A stretch of DNA of 60,782 nt from a virus. Its lineage: Duplodnaviria > Caudoviricetes. The notes beneath the pieces are model-generated. The model did no database searches. It was given only the letters and a program-made list of their open reading frames with translations, and was not told where the DNA came from. Numbering within the stretch: position 1 is the stretch's first letter; every line of letters begins with the position of its first letter. A program made the translations under genes and the position numbers. Positions 20,091-29,687 of the stretch are shown one piece after another. Location: positions 1-60,782 of IMG/VR virus record IMGVR_UViG_3300032281_000614. The stretch is one strand, 5' to 3'.

Positions 20091-21393
20091 AATTCCTCAA
20101 AGTTTGATATTCTGGAAATATCTTTTCAAATGTTTCTTTTCTATATTTGTCGTGTAAATCGTTAACGAGAAAAAATTCTTTTAATAAATGCGATCTATCA
20201 TCTTCCATAAATCTTAATATTCCTTGATATCCGCTTGTAGCACGTTTTAGATAGTCTTGAGGTTCTAACCATTGAATATGTTTTTCTATCTTTATACGTA
20301 TTTCATCTTTAAACGGCTGGGGTAATACATCTATGCGATCACGGTCTGGTCCTTGTAGGATATTTATATTCCAATCCTGCGGTTTTAATAATTCTCGTTC
20401 AGCCCAATTACGATGAAAATCAACAATATGATGCACGTTATATAAACTAACTGTTGAACTAACATAAAAATCAGTATCAGGACATTTTTCAATCATTTGT
20501 TGCCTATTGCGTTCTATTTGATCCCATTTGGTTCCTTTACGTACATATTCAGCACGTGGGCCCATTCCATCTAAACTTGCACCAATGCTGACATTTTTAA
20601 ATAACTTCCAGTAATCAAGAACATTGTCGTCTTTTAACGTAAGTCTACTAAAGTTTGTGTTATAGATTAACTTAACATCAAACATTTCACGTTTAACTAA
20701 TTCTTTGAGTATGCGATAATGTTCTTCCATTATCAAAGGTTCACCACCTGCAAAATAAATTTGTTCTAAATATGGTATATGAGGCAATAATTGCTCCCAC
20801 ATGTCGGTTTCTGTGCGACCGGCAAACATTATCTTAGGATAGTTGCGCTTACCGTATAATTCTTCTTCTTCTGTATACCAACTACTTGAGAACCATCCAC
20901 CACAGGTGCGGCAGGTAAAATTACACAGATTACTAAAACGTATATCATAGTAGCGCAATTTAAAATCTTCAAATGTACCTTCGATCTTAGTTTGATCTAC
21001 CAACGCTATATGTTGTCCAAAATTTTTATTAGTGCTGTTACGCATACTAACAAATCCAGCCGATTCCTGTTCATAGCATTTACTACACTCTTTGCAGGGT
21101 TTTTCTTCTAGCATGTTCTTACGCATGGTTTTATAAGCGTCTTGATTCCAAACAGTCGCCATACTGTCTTGTTTGAAATTGCCTATAGGATGGCGATCAT
21201 TTCCAAGACAACAAGGATAAGCACGACCATCAGGAAAGGCATGCATGTGTATCCAAGGAATCATGCAGAATACGTCACTTTTAGTCAAACGATCCAATTG
21301 GTCTGGTCGTAGATCATCTTCACTGATATACACAGGTTTGCGTGTATGATAGTGATGATTCTTATAATAGTCGTCTTGTTTTTGGTCGCTCAT
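20077..21393 (-). CDS. Radical SAM enzyme with N-terminal SPASM/Twitch-like domain
   Basis: CMIPW..DGRAYPCC..IGN..CSKC, then CNFTCRTC, GGEP, YNTN. Confidence 0.92.
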   Translation of the reverse strand: MSDQKQDDYYKNHHYHTRKPVYISEDDLRPDQLDRLTKSDVFCMIPWIHMHAFPDGRAYPCCLGNDRHPIGNFKQDSMATVWNQDAYKTMRKNMLEEKPCKECSKCYEQESAGFVSMRNSTNKNFGQHIALVDQTKIEGTFEDFKLRYYDIRFSNLCNFTCRTCGGWFSSSWYTEEEELYGKRNYPKIMFAGRTETDMWEQLLPHIPYLEQIYFAGGEPLIMEEHYRILKELVKREMFDVKLIYNTNFSRLTLKDDNVLDYWKLFKNVSIGASLDGMGPRAEYVRKGTKWDQIERNRQQMIEKCPDTDFYVSSTVSLYNVHHIVDFHRNWAERELLKPQDWNINILQGPDRDRIDVLPQPFKDEIRIKIEKHIQWLEPQDYLKRATSGYQGILRFMEDDRSHLLKEFFLVNDLHDKYRKETFEKIFPEYQTLRNYAVT

Positions 21394-22055
21394 AATGTCA
21401 ATAATATGTGTTGTGCTATTTTTTCGTGGTCTTTACGAGTAGGATGCCCAAAACCTTTACGCCAAGATCCAAAATTATCTATATTAATGTTTATACTGCC
21501 AACCGATCCTAAACAACAAGTTTCAATTAATCGCACACCTTTATTTTGGCATAATAACCTAATTATGTCAATATAGTTACTCTTTTTATTTTCATACTCT
21601 TTTTCATCAAATTTATATTTTGTAATAGAAGTATATACTTCAGATAATGATTGTAAATATTCTTCTCGATCAGAGCAAATTCTAGGATATTGATTAACAT
21701 CAGGATCTGTATAATCTCTAAAATAGTTAAATTTTTTTCCTTGCTCAGTTGTAGCACACCAACTTGGTATTATAAACCATTCGCGTTCATCTGTGCGCCA
21801 ATATTCTCTTACTGTACTGGTCCAACCTACTATAACCAAGGTGACCTCATGCTTTTTATATCTTATCAATGTATCAATCATATTATGAAATATACCCTCA
21901 TTACTGATCCCACATAAAGAATAGTTTTTACATTCTACACCTAATGCTTTTGCAACAAGATTAGGATAGCTGTATTGAGTATTCTCTTCATGCTGGTTAG
22001 GATATACCAAATCTGCTCCGTGGGCGACCGAGCATCCAAATGCTAATACTGTCAT
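21390..22055 (-). CDS. SGNH/GDSL-like protein
   Basis: Start at ATG 22055 (ATGA overlap). FGCSVAHG, GISN, C-terminal GHPTRKDH. Confidence 0.7.
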   Translation of the reverse strand: MTVLAFGCSVAHGADLVYPNQHEENTQYSYPNLVAKALGVECKNYSLCGISNEGIFHNMIDTLIRYKKHEVTLVIVGWTSTVREYWRTDEREWFIIPSWCATTEQGKKFNYFRDYTDPDVNQYPRICSDREEYLQSLSEVYTSITKYKFDEKEYENKKSNYIDIIRLLCQNKGVRLIETCCLGSVGSININIDNFGSWRKGFGHPTRKDHEKIAQHILLTL

Positions 22056-23422
22056 AGTGTATTGTACCAATCTGCCAACTGAGGAAACGTATGTCTAAAG
22101 TCTTTACCACGACGTTGATCATACTGTTCATAAAAGTTCTTGAAATCACGCTGTAGAATTTCTCGTGATAACGCACCACTGTGTGGACTATCTACTGTGC
22201 GTAAATAATCAATCAATCTACTCAATTGATTCATTTCAAACTCGTGACAAATATATGTATTACGCATATTATTATAAGAACGCGATAATTCATCAGCAAA
22301 GTCTTCGCGTACTTCTAACGGTAATACCAACGGGCTTTGGAAGCTAGGAAAACGTAAGATGTTAAGGCTAAAATTAATCGCATCTTTGCCATATTTCTTC
22401 TTAAGTTCAACGATACTCCTTAGGAATTCTGATAGACTTATCAAGCATAGTGCGTTTATGGTACACATAACCTGAAGGCCACGCAGTTTACCGCTATCCA
22501 ATAGATATACCACATTACTGCACCATTGATCCCAATCCAGACCATCACGTATATAAATCGCGTGTCGGCCAATGCTTTCATTACTGGTATATAAATCCAA
22601 TTCAATACCTTCTGTAGCATCTAATAATCTTTCTAATTTATCTTGTTCAAATCCTAAGTTGCTGTTTATAGCAAGCCGCGTAGCACTCTTGTCACGATTA
22701 GCCCGGAACCAATCAATCAGACGCCAGGTATAACCAGACATGAGTGGTTCACCACCTGTAATTCTTAGTTCTTTGAGCGTCTTGTGGAGGTCTGTTTCCC
22801 ACCACTTGAAGAATGCTTCAACGTAGGGATTAACATCAGTGATAGTATACAGCTGACTATGATCGTGCTCATGAGTGAAATGATTCCTACCATCCGAAAC
22901 CAAATTGGTATATCCGCCATTACGCCGGATGTCTTTAACCCAAGTACTACTAAAAGCTGGATTACAGTAACTACAAGCGAACTGGCAAGTGCGATCGAAA
23001 GCAATCTCCAAGGTCTGTAGGTTAATGTCTTGTTCTGCGTTAGTATTGAAAGCTTCATTTAAATCTCCATCTTCATATATAACTGTTTTATAAACACGGT
23101 CGCTGATAATTTCATCAGACTCATCTTCTTGGCTGGCTATGTCTTCTATCTTCCAGCAGTATTCACAACCGCTTGGGCGTTCTCCACGTTGCATCATAGC
23201 ACGCTCTTGTTTCTTACGAGGTGTATTATGTATGGCTCGAGGATTTGTTTTAATCGCTTCTACATCGATAGCGTGCGGCAAGGGATGATGACAACTGGTA
23301 GTCTGTCCTGATCCTAACCATATGGTAGCATTATACCATTTAGCCGCGCAGAAACTCTCAGACTTAATGTCAATAACTCTGCGTTTGTACTGTAGATCTG
23401 TTTCGTTATGTAGTTTTGGCAT
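22052..23422 (-). CDS. Radical SAM enzyme with N-terminal Cys/His domain
   Basis: CAAKW..SCHHP..CEYC, then CQFACSYC, GGEP. Confidence 0.9.
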   Translation of the reverse strand: MPKLHNETDLQYKRRVIDIKSESFCAAKWYNATIWLGSGQTTSCHHPLPHAIDVEAIKTNPRAIHNTPRKKQERAMMQRGERPSGCEYCWKIEDIASQEDESDEIISDRVYKTVIYEDGDLNEAFNTNAEQDINLQTLEIAFDRTCQFACSYCNPAFSSTWVKDIRRNGGYTNLVSDGRNHFTHEHDHSQLYTITDVNPYVEAFFKWWETDLHKTLKELRITGGEPLMSGYTWRLIDWFRANRDKSATRLAINSNLGFEQDKLERLLDATEGIELDLYTSNESIGRHAIYIRDGLDWDQWCSNVVYLLDSGKLRGLQVMCTINALCLISLSEFLRSIVELKKKYGKDAINFSLNILRFPSFQSPLVLPLEVREDFADELSRSYNNMRNTYICHEFEMNQLSRLIDYLRTVDSPHSGALSREILQRDFKNFYEQYDQRRGKDFRHTFPQLADWYNTL

Positions 23423-24155
23423 CTAAATCTAAAATATCTAATAATCTGTAAGTAAGTTTTTTAAAGCATTCTTTTGAAGGATGGTCCTCGTCGGGAAAAT
23501 CTTTAGAATTTGATATTTTTTTACTTATTTCTAAAAATTTATTAACGTAATCACTATGTTCTAATATAAATTTTTTTAAATCAATTTGATAAAAAGATAG
23601 TATTTTTTCTTCTATATCCCATGTTCCAAAAGACTGTATAGGTGGATCTATATTTAATAGTTCGCCGAGCCAGCTGGTTATATAGAACTTTGCAAAAGCA
23701 AATTCTTCTATAGATTTGTTAACAGATCCAAGTCCACCTATTACTATAAATGGTATATGAAATTCATCATAAATTTTCTGTTGTGCAAATTTATAATTTT
23801 GATGATTGAGATATCGTAAACTTTGATCCCATTTGTTTATATCAAACATAGGAAATTTTTTTGCTCCTTCATTAGGATCATCCATAATTATCTGTAATAT
23901 ATCTCTAAGAGGAGTTGTATGAAACCAAATTATATAATCATAATTAGAATTTTCTTTTAATGTACAATATGCTGTTCTGAGTTGTCCATGATTTCCTCCC
24001 ATACCAACTGAGATATTAGTAACAGTATGACCAGCTTGAGTTAGATAATAATCTATACCAGTATCTTTAACAGGAGTTGGTGTAAAATTGCTAAACCGCC
24101 AATCTCGTTCCCATTCTCCTACTCCCCAACTGTCTCCCATGATGAAAAATTTCAT
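23406..24155 (-). CDS. SGNH/GDSL-like protein
   Basis: MGDSWGVG, GGN, C-terminal DEDHP. Confidence 0.7.
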   Translation of the reverse strand: MKFFIMGDSWGVGEWERDWRFSNFTPTPVKDTGIDYYLTQAGHTVTNISVGMGGNHGQLRTAYCTLKENSNYDYIIWFHTTPLRDILQIIMDDPNEGAKKFPMFDINKWDQSLRYLNHQNYKFAQQKIYDEFHIPFIVIGGLGSVNKSIEEFAFAKFYITSWLGELLNIDPPIQSFGTWDIEEKILSFYQIDLKKFILEHSDYVNKFLEISKKISNSKDFPDEDHPSKECFKKLTYRLLDILDLDAKTT

Positions 24156-24156
24156 G

Positions 24157-25569
24157 TTAATTATTTTCAGCGTGCCATTTGCACTCTTGCCAAAAGTCTT
24201 TCATTTGTGGGAACACATCTGTAAATATTGCTGTATTAGTTCCACCTGCACTGCGACGTTTATCATATTCATTAAAAAATCGATAAAAGTCAGCACGTGT
24301 ATCGTGTAGGTATTTTTCACTTAACTTTTTGCCCTTCTTCATCCAGTCAATATCACGATGTAGGCGTTGGATTTCATAATCTTTAAATCCATCGTAACGA
24401 CCACTACCTTCTTCTAATTTGTTCAGTTCCATCCATTTGACAACATTTTCTAAGATACGCACATAACTTTCTGGTAGTATCTGTAGACTTTGCCAGCTGG
24501 GGGTTCTTAACACAGGAGTATCAAACCAAATGCGTTGGTATTCAGTGCTATACAGCTTACGTAGTTCAAGTATATGTTCTAATAACTGTTGAAGGCCTAA
24601 GATACTAAGGTTATTCATTGTGATGATATAAGTTAAGCTGTTGCGGTGTGGTACTTCAGTCAGGTATTTGTGAACATAGCTGTGTAGTCGGCTTGGACTT
24701 AATCCTCGACGAATATATTCTGCGTGATCCGGATTTCCTGTATCAAGGCTAACATACTGCATAAAATGTTCGATGCGTTCACCCGTACATAGTTCTTTAA
24801 CTTTAGTAAGATATTTGTTAAATAATTCTGGCTCTACACTAAAATTACTGGTAACATCAACGTGTAGATCAGGTTTAGGCATTGATAAAATATAATCAAA
24901 CACACGATGAGTATTCTTATCCATTAAGGGTTCGCCGCCAGTCATACGGAAATGTTTTAGTTTAGGATATAATTCGGGCCACCACTTCCAGAACGCATCA
25001 ACATAGGGATTGTTTTCTCTAACAGGGATAGGTTGGCGACGACCTTTGAAATGCATAGGATCGTTGTGCGGATTCTTTGTAGGATATGCTCCCCAACGGT
25101 CGATATCTTTTCCCCATTCAGTTGAGAACTGTGGGCTACAATAACTGCAAGCAAGATTACAGCCATGACTGAAGTTTACTTCTACATAACTTGGAGTAAC
25201 ATCTGTGTCCCATGGTTGGTTAACTATGTTATCATAATGTTCGGCTGCCCAAGGTTCACCTGATCGATAATGACGATCACTTAGGTGTCCAGCATCTTCC
25301 ATTGTCCAGCAGTAGTTACATTCTCGAGGGCGTTCGCCAGCTAACATTTTTTTACGTTGTTCTTTCTTATGCTGTGTATTATGTATAGCACTTGGATTAA
25401 ATTCTACAACCTGTGCTTCCATTTCATGTAATGGCGGATGATAACAGCTATTGTTTAGTCCTGTAGGCAAGTGCAGGCTCACTTGTTGCCATTTAGCCAA
25501 GCACAGAGCAGGTCCTAACTTTTCTTTCATTTCTTCCGCCGATGTCATAAATTTGCTTTTTGTTACCAT
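24157..25569 (-). CDS. Radical SAM enzyme with N-terminal Cys/His domain
   Basis: CLAKW..SCYHP..CNYC, then CNLACSYC, GGEP; paralog of 22052-23422. Confidence 0.9.
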   Translation of the reverse strand: MVTKSKFMTSAEEMKEKLGPALCLAKWQQVSLHLPTGLNNSCYHPPLHEMEAQVVEFNPSAIHNTQHKKEQRKKMLAGERPRECNYCWTMEDAGHLSDRHYRSGEPWAAEHYDNIVNQPWDTDVTPSYVEVNFSHGCNLACSYCSPQFSTEWGKDIDRWGAYPTKNPHNDPMHFKGRRQPIPVRENNPYVDAFWKWWPELYPKLKHFRMTGGEPLMDKNTHRVFDYILSMPKPDLHVDVTSNFSVEPELFNKYLTKVKELCTGERIEHFMQYVSLDTGNPDHAEYIRRGLSPSRLHSYVHKYLTEVPHRNSLTYIITMNNLSILGLQQLLEHILELRKLYSTEYQRIWFDTPVLRTPSWQSLQILPESYVRILENVVKWMELNKLEEGSGRYDGFKDYEIQRLHRDIDWMKKGKKLSEKYLHDTRADFYRFFNEYDKRRSAGGTNTAIFTDVFPQMKDFWQECKWHAENN

Positions 25570-25570
25570 A

Positions 25571-26527
25571 TTAATTGTCCATATAATGATTATAATTATA
25601 ATCTAAAATTCCTTGCATTTCTTTTAATACTTGTTGCTGTTTTTCTTGCGGCCATGTCATAATATTTGTAATAACTTTTTTTATTTCGTTGATTCTATGT
25701 ATCCCTTCACAATAATCATAACTTTCATCCCACCAGTGGCTAAATGTTTTAAATCCTAATTTTCGCAAATTATCTAAATAGTTCACAGGCCCTAATGTTA
25801 TAAATGGAGTTTTAGCTATGATAGGTCTGAGTGTTTTTTCTGTTGGGAAAAATGTATTTCCCATTATGTAAGTTTCAACAACTAAATCTAAAAATATTTG
25901 ATCGTAGTAATTTAATAAATTTAAAACATATTCCCAGTGCTCAGAATACGTTACATTTGAGTCCTTATTATGATATAGGTTATCTAACAATATAGGTGTA
26001 TGTTTTAAAAACTCAACAGCATCTCCAAGACTATCTGCTTGATAAAAATTAATCTTTGTAAGGTCGCTACACAACTTATCAATATCAGTGTGATTATAAT
26101 TAAAACTTATTAAACATTTATCTTTGTAATTCTTATGTAACCAAGATGATACAATTAATCTATTCCAACTAACCCTTCCAACAAAACATCCTATAGTTTT
26201 TAAATTTTCTTTCTTAATTTTAGGGCAGTAGTATTTTTTTACTTTGCTTTTAGTACTAATAAGCCAGTGACTTGTCTTAACAATTATATTATACTCGTCG
26301 TGTTTTTCTAAACTATTGAAAGTGTGTATTGTTATTTTTTTCTTATCAATTGAAAATTGATCACACACATAATCCAATACATCGTAAAATTTTACTCTTT
26401 TAAGACACAGGCCTTCTTGATTTGTATTGATATCTACCTTACCTGTTTGTTGATATTCGTTAATAATATCCGCAATGCGATATTCTAAATCATATATTTC
26501 TCGATCTCTATTTACTAAAGAAATCAT
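25571..26527 (-). CDS. Putative GT-B/GT10-like glycosyltransferase (ET...TEK family)
   Basis: Start at ATG 26527 (ATGA overlap). DLVVET...FPTEKTLRPI...GFKTFSHWWDESYD. Confidence 0.5.
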   Translation of the reverse strand: MISLVNRDREIYDLEYRIADIINEYQQTGKVDINTNQEGLCLKRVKFYDVLDYVCDQFSIDKKKITIHTFNSLEKHDEYNIIVKTSHWLISTKSKVKKYYCPKIKKENLKTIGCFVGRVSWNRLIVSSWLHKNYKDKCLISFNYNHTDIDKLCSDLTKINFYQADSLGDAVEFLKHTPILLDNLYHNKDSNVTYSEHWEYVLNLLNYYDQIFLDLVVETYIMGNTFFPTEKTLRPIIAKTPFITLGPVNYLDNLRKLGFKTFSHWWDESYDYCEGIHRINEIKKVITNIMTWPQEKQQQVLKEMQGILDYNYNHYMDN

Positions 26528-27420
26528 TCTCTCACCATTGGCCCTTGATTGCGAAATACACTTTTGTAGTGGTGTTTGAAGAAACGGCTTTCTTCCGGGT
26601 CCATGTCTACGATGGGTAGACTTAATTTCTGTCTTAGGATATTTCCGATGCTGGTACAATTATCCGGACCATCATTTTTAAATTCTTCCCATAGCACTGC
26701 TAGTTTATCAAAGTCCTGTACATCACGGTAGTCCCAATTATTCAGCATGGTCATCCATGTGCCTAGTCTTGCACCGTAGATGCTCCAAAAGCCGTTTTCA
26801 ACATCTGCACCCACTGTTTGCCAAATACACAGATGATCGTAGTTGCGATTATGCACTTTGACTTCAAAGTCTATCAGACCCGGACGCTTACCTCTGTCCA
26901 AACACATCTTAACACCTTCACGAAATCCAGCACGCCACGCTTGGAATGGTGTGGCATTAGGATACGTAGTTGAATAGCAGTCATGCATGGCCCAATAGTC
27001 TGGATAAAAACAAAACTCTACATCATTGGCTTCGCTGCCATCACTGTTCTCATGTGTACGCATAGCATAGACAAATTCTTTAGTCCAGCAACTTAATCCA
27101 CCATTGCCATACATTAATCCATTAATGTGATTACGTGCCTTCCAACGGAACACTTTGTCTTTATTATCTGTGTTTAATCTTAGCTGTAGATTAAAGAATT
27201 CTGCATCAGGTATGTTATCACCATCGATCAAAACAAATCGATCAGTTTCGCTGGCTTCTGCCGCGGCTTTGTGTGCGGCATCACTGCCTTTAACACCATC
27301 AACACGACGTGCCCATGGAACTATGTTTTGAATTTTAATCCAAAATTCTTCTTTCTTAGGTTCATCGTAGCTAAGATAGATGCAGTCTAAATCTGCTATA
27401 TCAGTTATCAATTGATTCAT
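26524..27420 (-). CDS. Glycosyltransferase, GT-A fold (GT2-like)
   Basis: DCIYLSYDEP, AAHKAAA, FVLIDGDN (DxD). Confidence 0.7.
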   Translation of the reverse strand: MNQLITDIADLDCIYLSYDEPKKEEFWIKIQNIVPWARRVDGVKGSDAAHKAAAEASETDRFVLIDGDNIPDAEFFNLQLRLNTDNKDKVFRWKARNHINGLMYGNGGLSCWTKEFVYAMRTHENSDGSEANDVEFCFYPDYWAMHDCYSTTYPNATPFQAWRAGFREGVKMCLDRGKRPGLIDFEVKVHNRNYDHLCIWQTVGADVENGFWSIYGARLGTWMTMLNNWDYRDVQDFDKLAVLWEEFKNDGPDNCTSIGNILRQKLSLPIVDMDPEESRFFKHHYKSVFRNQGPMVRE

Positions 27421-27760
27421 AATATTCTATTTCCGTGTACAATTCATCGGCATCTAAAATCAAACCTGCATGATTTTTGACTACTGCATATCCATGATCA
27501 CTTTTCTTTAATTTTACACTAATTCCTGGGTCAATTGCAATCTTTTCGACAATTTTTTTATCAACATTTACTTTATATTGAAAATAATTGTTATATATTT
27601 CTTGATTTACAACCAAATATTGTGTATCATTTGGGTGGTTTTGCATACTACACATAGTAATTTTGCCCAAATCATCATAGTGTATTCTATATTCTATAGA
27701 TTGAGGCTCTATAGATCCAAAACTTTCTAATGCCTTTAAAAATTCTTCTTCGCTAAACAT
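27401..27760 (-). CDS. Hypothetical protein
   Basis: 119-aa ORF overlapping both neighbours. Confidence 0.7.
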   Translation of the reverse strand: MFSEEEFLKALESFGSIEPQSIEYRIHYDDLGKITMCSMQNHPNDTQYLVVNQEIYNNYFQYKVNVDKKIVEKIAIDPGISVKLKKSDHGYAVVKNHAGLILDADELYTEIEYYESIDN

Positions 27761-28605
27761 TGTTCATATTCCCTAATGATTTCATCTGTCACCCAAGATT
27801 TTTCATAATAATGTAAAGGATGATATTGGTTTGTATTATTGATTCTTATCATCGGCAACTCTGTTTCGTAAATAACAGATTCATTCCATTTAACCAATTG
27901 GCTAAATTTATTGATTGCTGGTTTCATGTGTACAAAATTTATATAGTCAATGCCAGGCAAGACACACTTTTCTTGACCAATTATTTTAGCTGCCAATGCG
28001 TACACAACATCCGTAGTTGGATCTTTATCCCTGCAATTTTTTAATAGGTTATCTCTAATGTATACCCAATGTTTAAAAATATGTTCAGCATACCAAAAAA
28101 ATTCAGCGGCGGTTTGGCTGTATCGAAAATACATTAATCCATTATAAATATCAGGTAATTCATTGTCATCAAATAATCGTCTATAGGTTCTGTTGGAACT
28201 TGGTTCCTGTAAATAATTTTTGCAACCATAACTTAGTACAATATCTTTTAATCTAAATGTAGGCCACCAATGATCAATTGTACGGGTAAATACCAAATCA
28301 CTTTCTAATTTAATAGTTTCTTTAAAAGGAGTCAGATAAAATACCTGCCATTCATTTGATAATTTCCATTCGTCATCTTTGGCATGATCTTCTGGCAGTT
28401 CTATTATATAATCAAATATTTGACGGTGTTGATCTGTAATCTGCTCCAGTGTTTGCCTGTCAACTACCACAGCATATTTGCTATTTGGCATGGTTAATTT
28501 AATACTCATAGCCTGTACATAAGCTAATCGTAAATAGTTAATTTCCCCATTTTGGGCAATGGTTAAAAACCCTTGTTGTTCTTGATGTGGCGTTAATCTT
28601 GACAT
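27736..28605 (-). CDS. GT8-like glycosyltransferase
   Basis: YLRLAYVQAMSIK, TPFKETIKLESD, NGLMYFR, TTDV, FVHMK. Confidence 0.65.
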   Translation of the reverse strand: MSRLTPHQEQQGFLTIAQNGEINYLRLAYVQAMSIKLTMPNSKYAVVVDRQTLEQITDQHRQIFDYIIELPEDHAKDDEWKLSNEWQVFYLTPFKETIKLESDLVFTRTIDHWWPTFRLKDIVLSYGCKNYLQEPSSNRTYRRLFDDNELPDIYNGLMYFRYSQTAAEFFWYAEHIFKHWVYIRDNLLKNCRDKDPTTDVVYALAAKIIGQEKCVLPGIDYINFVHMKPAINKFSQLVKWNESVIYETELPMIRINNTNQYHPLHYYEKSWVTDEIIREYEQCLAKKNF

Positions 28606-29417
28606 ATAGATTCTATAAAATTAAAAAAATTATCAGTCAACAGATATTCTTTATCCATAACATGTATATTTTGTTTTGGTATGAGGTACGCTTTTTCTTT
28701 TTCTTTTATGGCCAACATATTATTTCTTAAATCAATCGATTGCACAGCACCGTCAAAAGACAGCATAGGCCACGGAATGCCCAGATCCATTCCCAATTCA
28801 TACCCATTTAAAATGTTATTGGCGATAGTAAATGCATAGTCATTTCTAAAACTGCCGTGTTTGCCGTGATATAATCTTAAATAATACGTATAATTCTGCT
28901 GTATTTTTTTTACCATGTCAAATAACATTTTAGATTTAACAGTTTTTCTAAATAATATCACAGTGGCCCATTGGTAAGGTAAAGAATAAATCCCCATAAC
29001 CGCCGGCCATTCAATATCTGGCAGATCATTGTGTGTCATCATGCGATAATCAAAATCTTGTTCAAATAATTTTAGTAGATTTTGATCCAATACCAAATAA
29101 TCAGAATCAATTAGGATAGTTTCGTAGTATGGAGATAACTCATATGCTCGAAATCTATCTCCGTTGCGCCAGATGCCCGGTGTACCTACCTTATAGTTTT
29201 GGAGAGTATTTTCTACTAAAATAACTTGATCAAATTCTTTAGAATTAACATTTTTATCTGTTACTAATGTAACAGGTAAATTTAAAACATGTTTAACAAG
29301 ACATGCGGCACGTCTTGCTATTTCAACATAGTTGATTTCAGTATTGAAGGCAAATAATAATACACCTCTAGATTTTTCTTGCACGTCGAATTTCTTCATG
29401 TTGAACATGCCACGCAT
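28593..29417 (-). CDS. GT8-like glycosyltransferase
   Basis: LSPYYETILIDSDY (DxD), WATVILFRK, RNDYA; paralog of 27736-28605. Confidence 0.65.
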   Translation of the reverse strand: MRGMFNMKKFDVQEKSRGVLLFAFNTEINYVEIARRAACLVKHVLNLPVTLVTDKNVNSKEFDQVILVENTLQNYKVGTPGIWRNGDRFRAYELSPYYETILIDSDYLVLDQNLLKLFEQDFDYRMMTHNDLPDIEWPAVMGIYSLPYQWATVILFRKTVKSKMLFDMVKKIQQNYTYYLRLYHGKHGSFRNDYAFTIANNILNGYELGMDLGIPWPMLSFDGAVQSIDLRNNMLAIKEKEKAYLIPKQNIHVMDKEYLLTDNFFNFIESICQD

Positions 29418-29682
29418 TCATTATCATTTGGTAGTGTTGTTTGCACAGAGATAAGAATTCTACTCGATCAACTTTGATAGGATTTCTATATACATCTTCA
29501 AGGAACAATTGATCGCTGTCCCAACAGTTGAGAAATGCTATAAGTTCCGGGGTAATCTTAAATAGACCACCAGCATAGGCTACGTGCAGATCTGTTTGTA
29601 TCTTCTCACGTAGTATTCTTTTATTAGTTTGGTAGTCAGTGGCTTGCTTGATTTGATCTACTAGTTTATTGATATCGCTCAT
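29368..29682 (-). CDS. Hypothetical protein, first gene of the modification operon
   Basis: Likely start ATG 29682 (MSDINK), just downstream of the TAAATA element. Confidence 0.7.
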   Translation of the reverse strand: MSDINKLVDQIKQATDYQTNKRILREKIQTDLHVAYAGGLFKITPELIAFLNCWDSDQLFLEDVYRNPIKVDRVEFLSLCKQHYQMIMNAWHVQHEEIRRARKI

Positions 29683-29687
29683 GCAGC

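Noticed and set aside
6158-29682. Bacterial O-antigen or capsule locus, or a chimeric contig
   Set aside because: No wzx/wzy/ABC exporter or initiating transferase; genes are coupled phage-style and continuous with phage genes on both sides.
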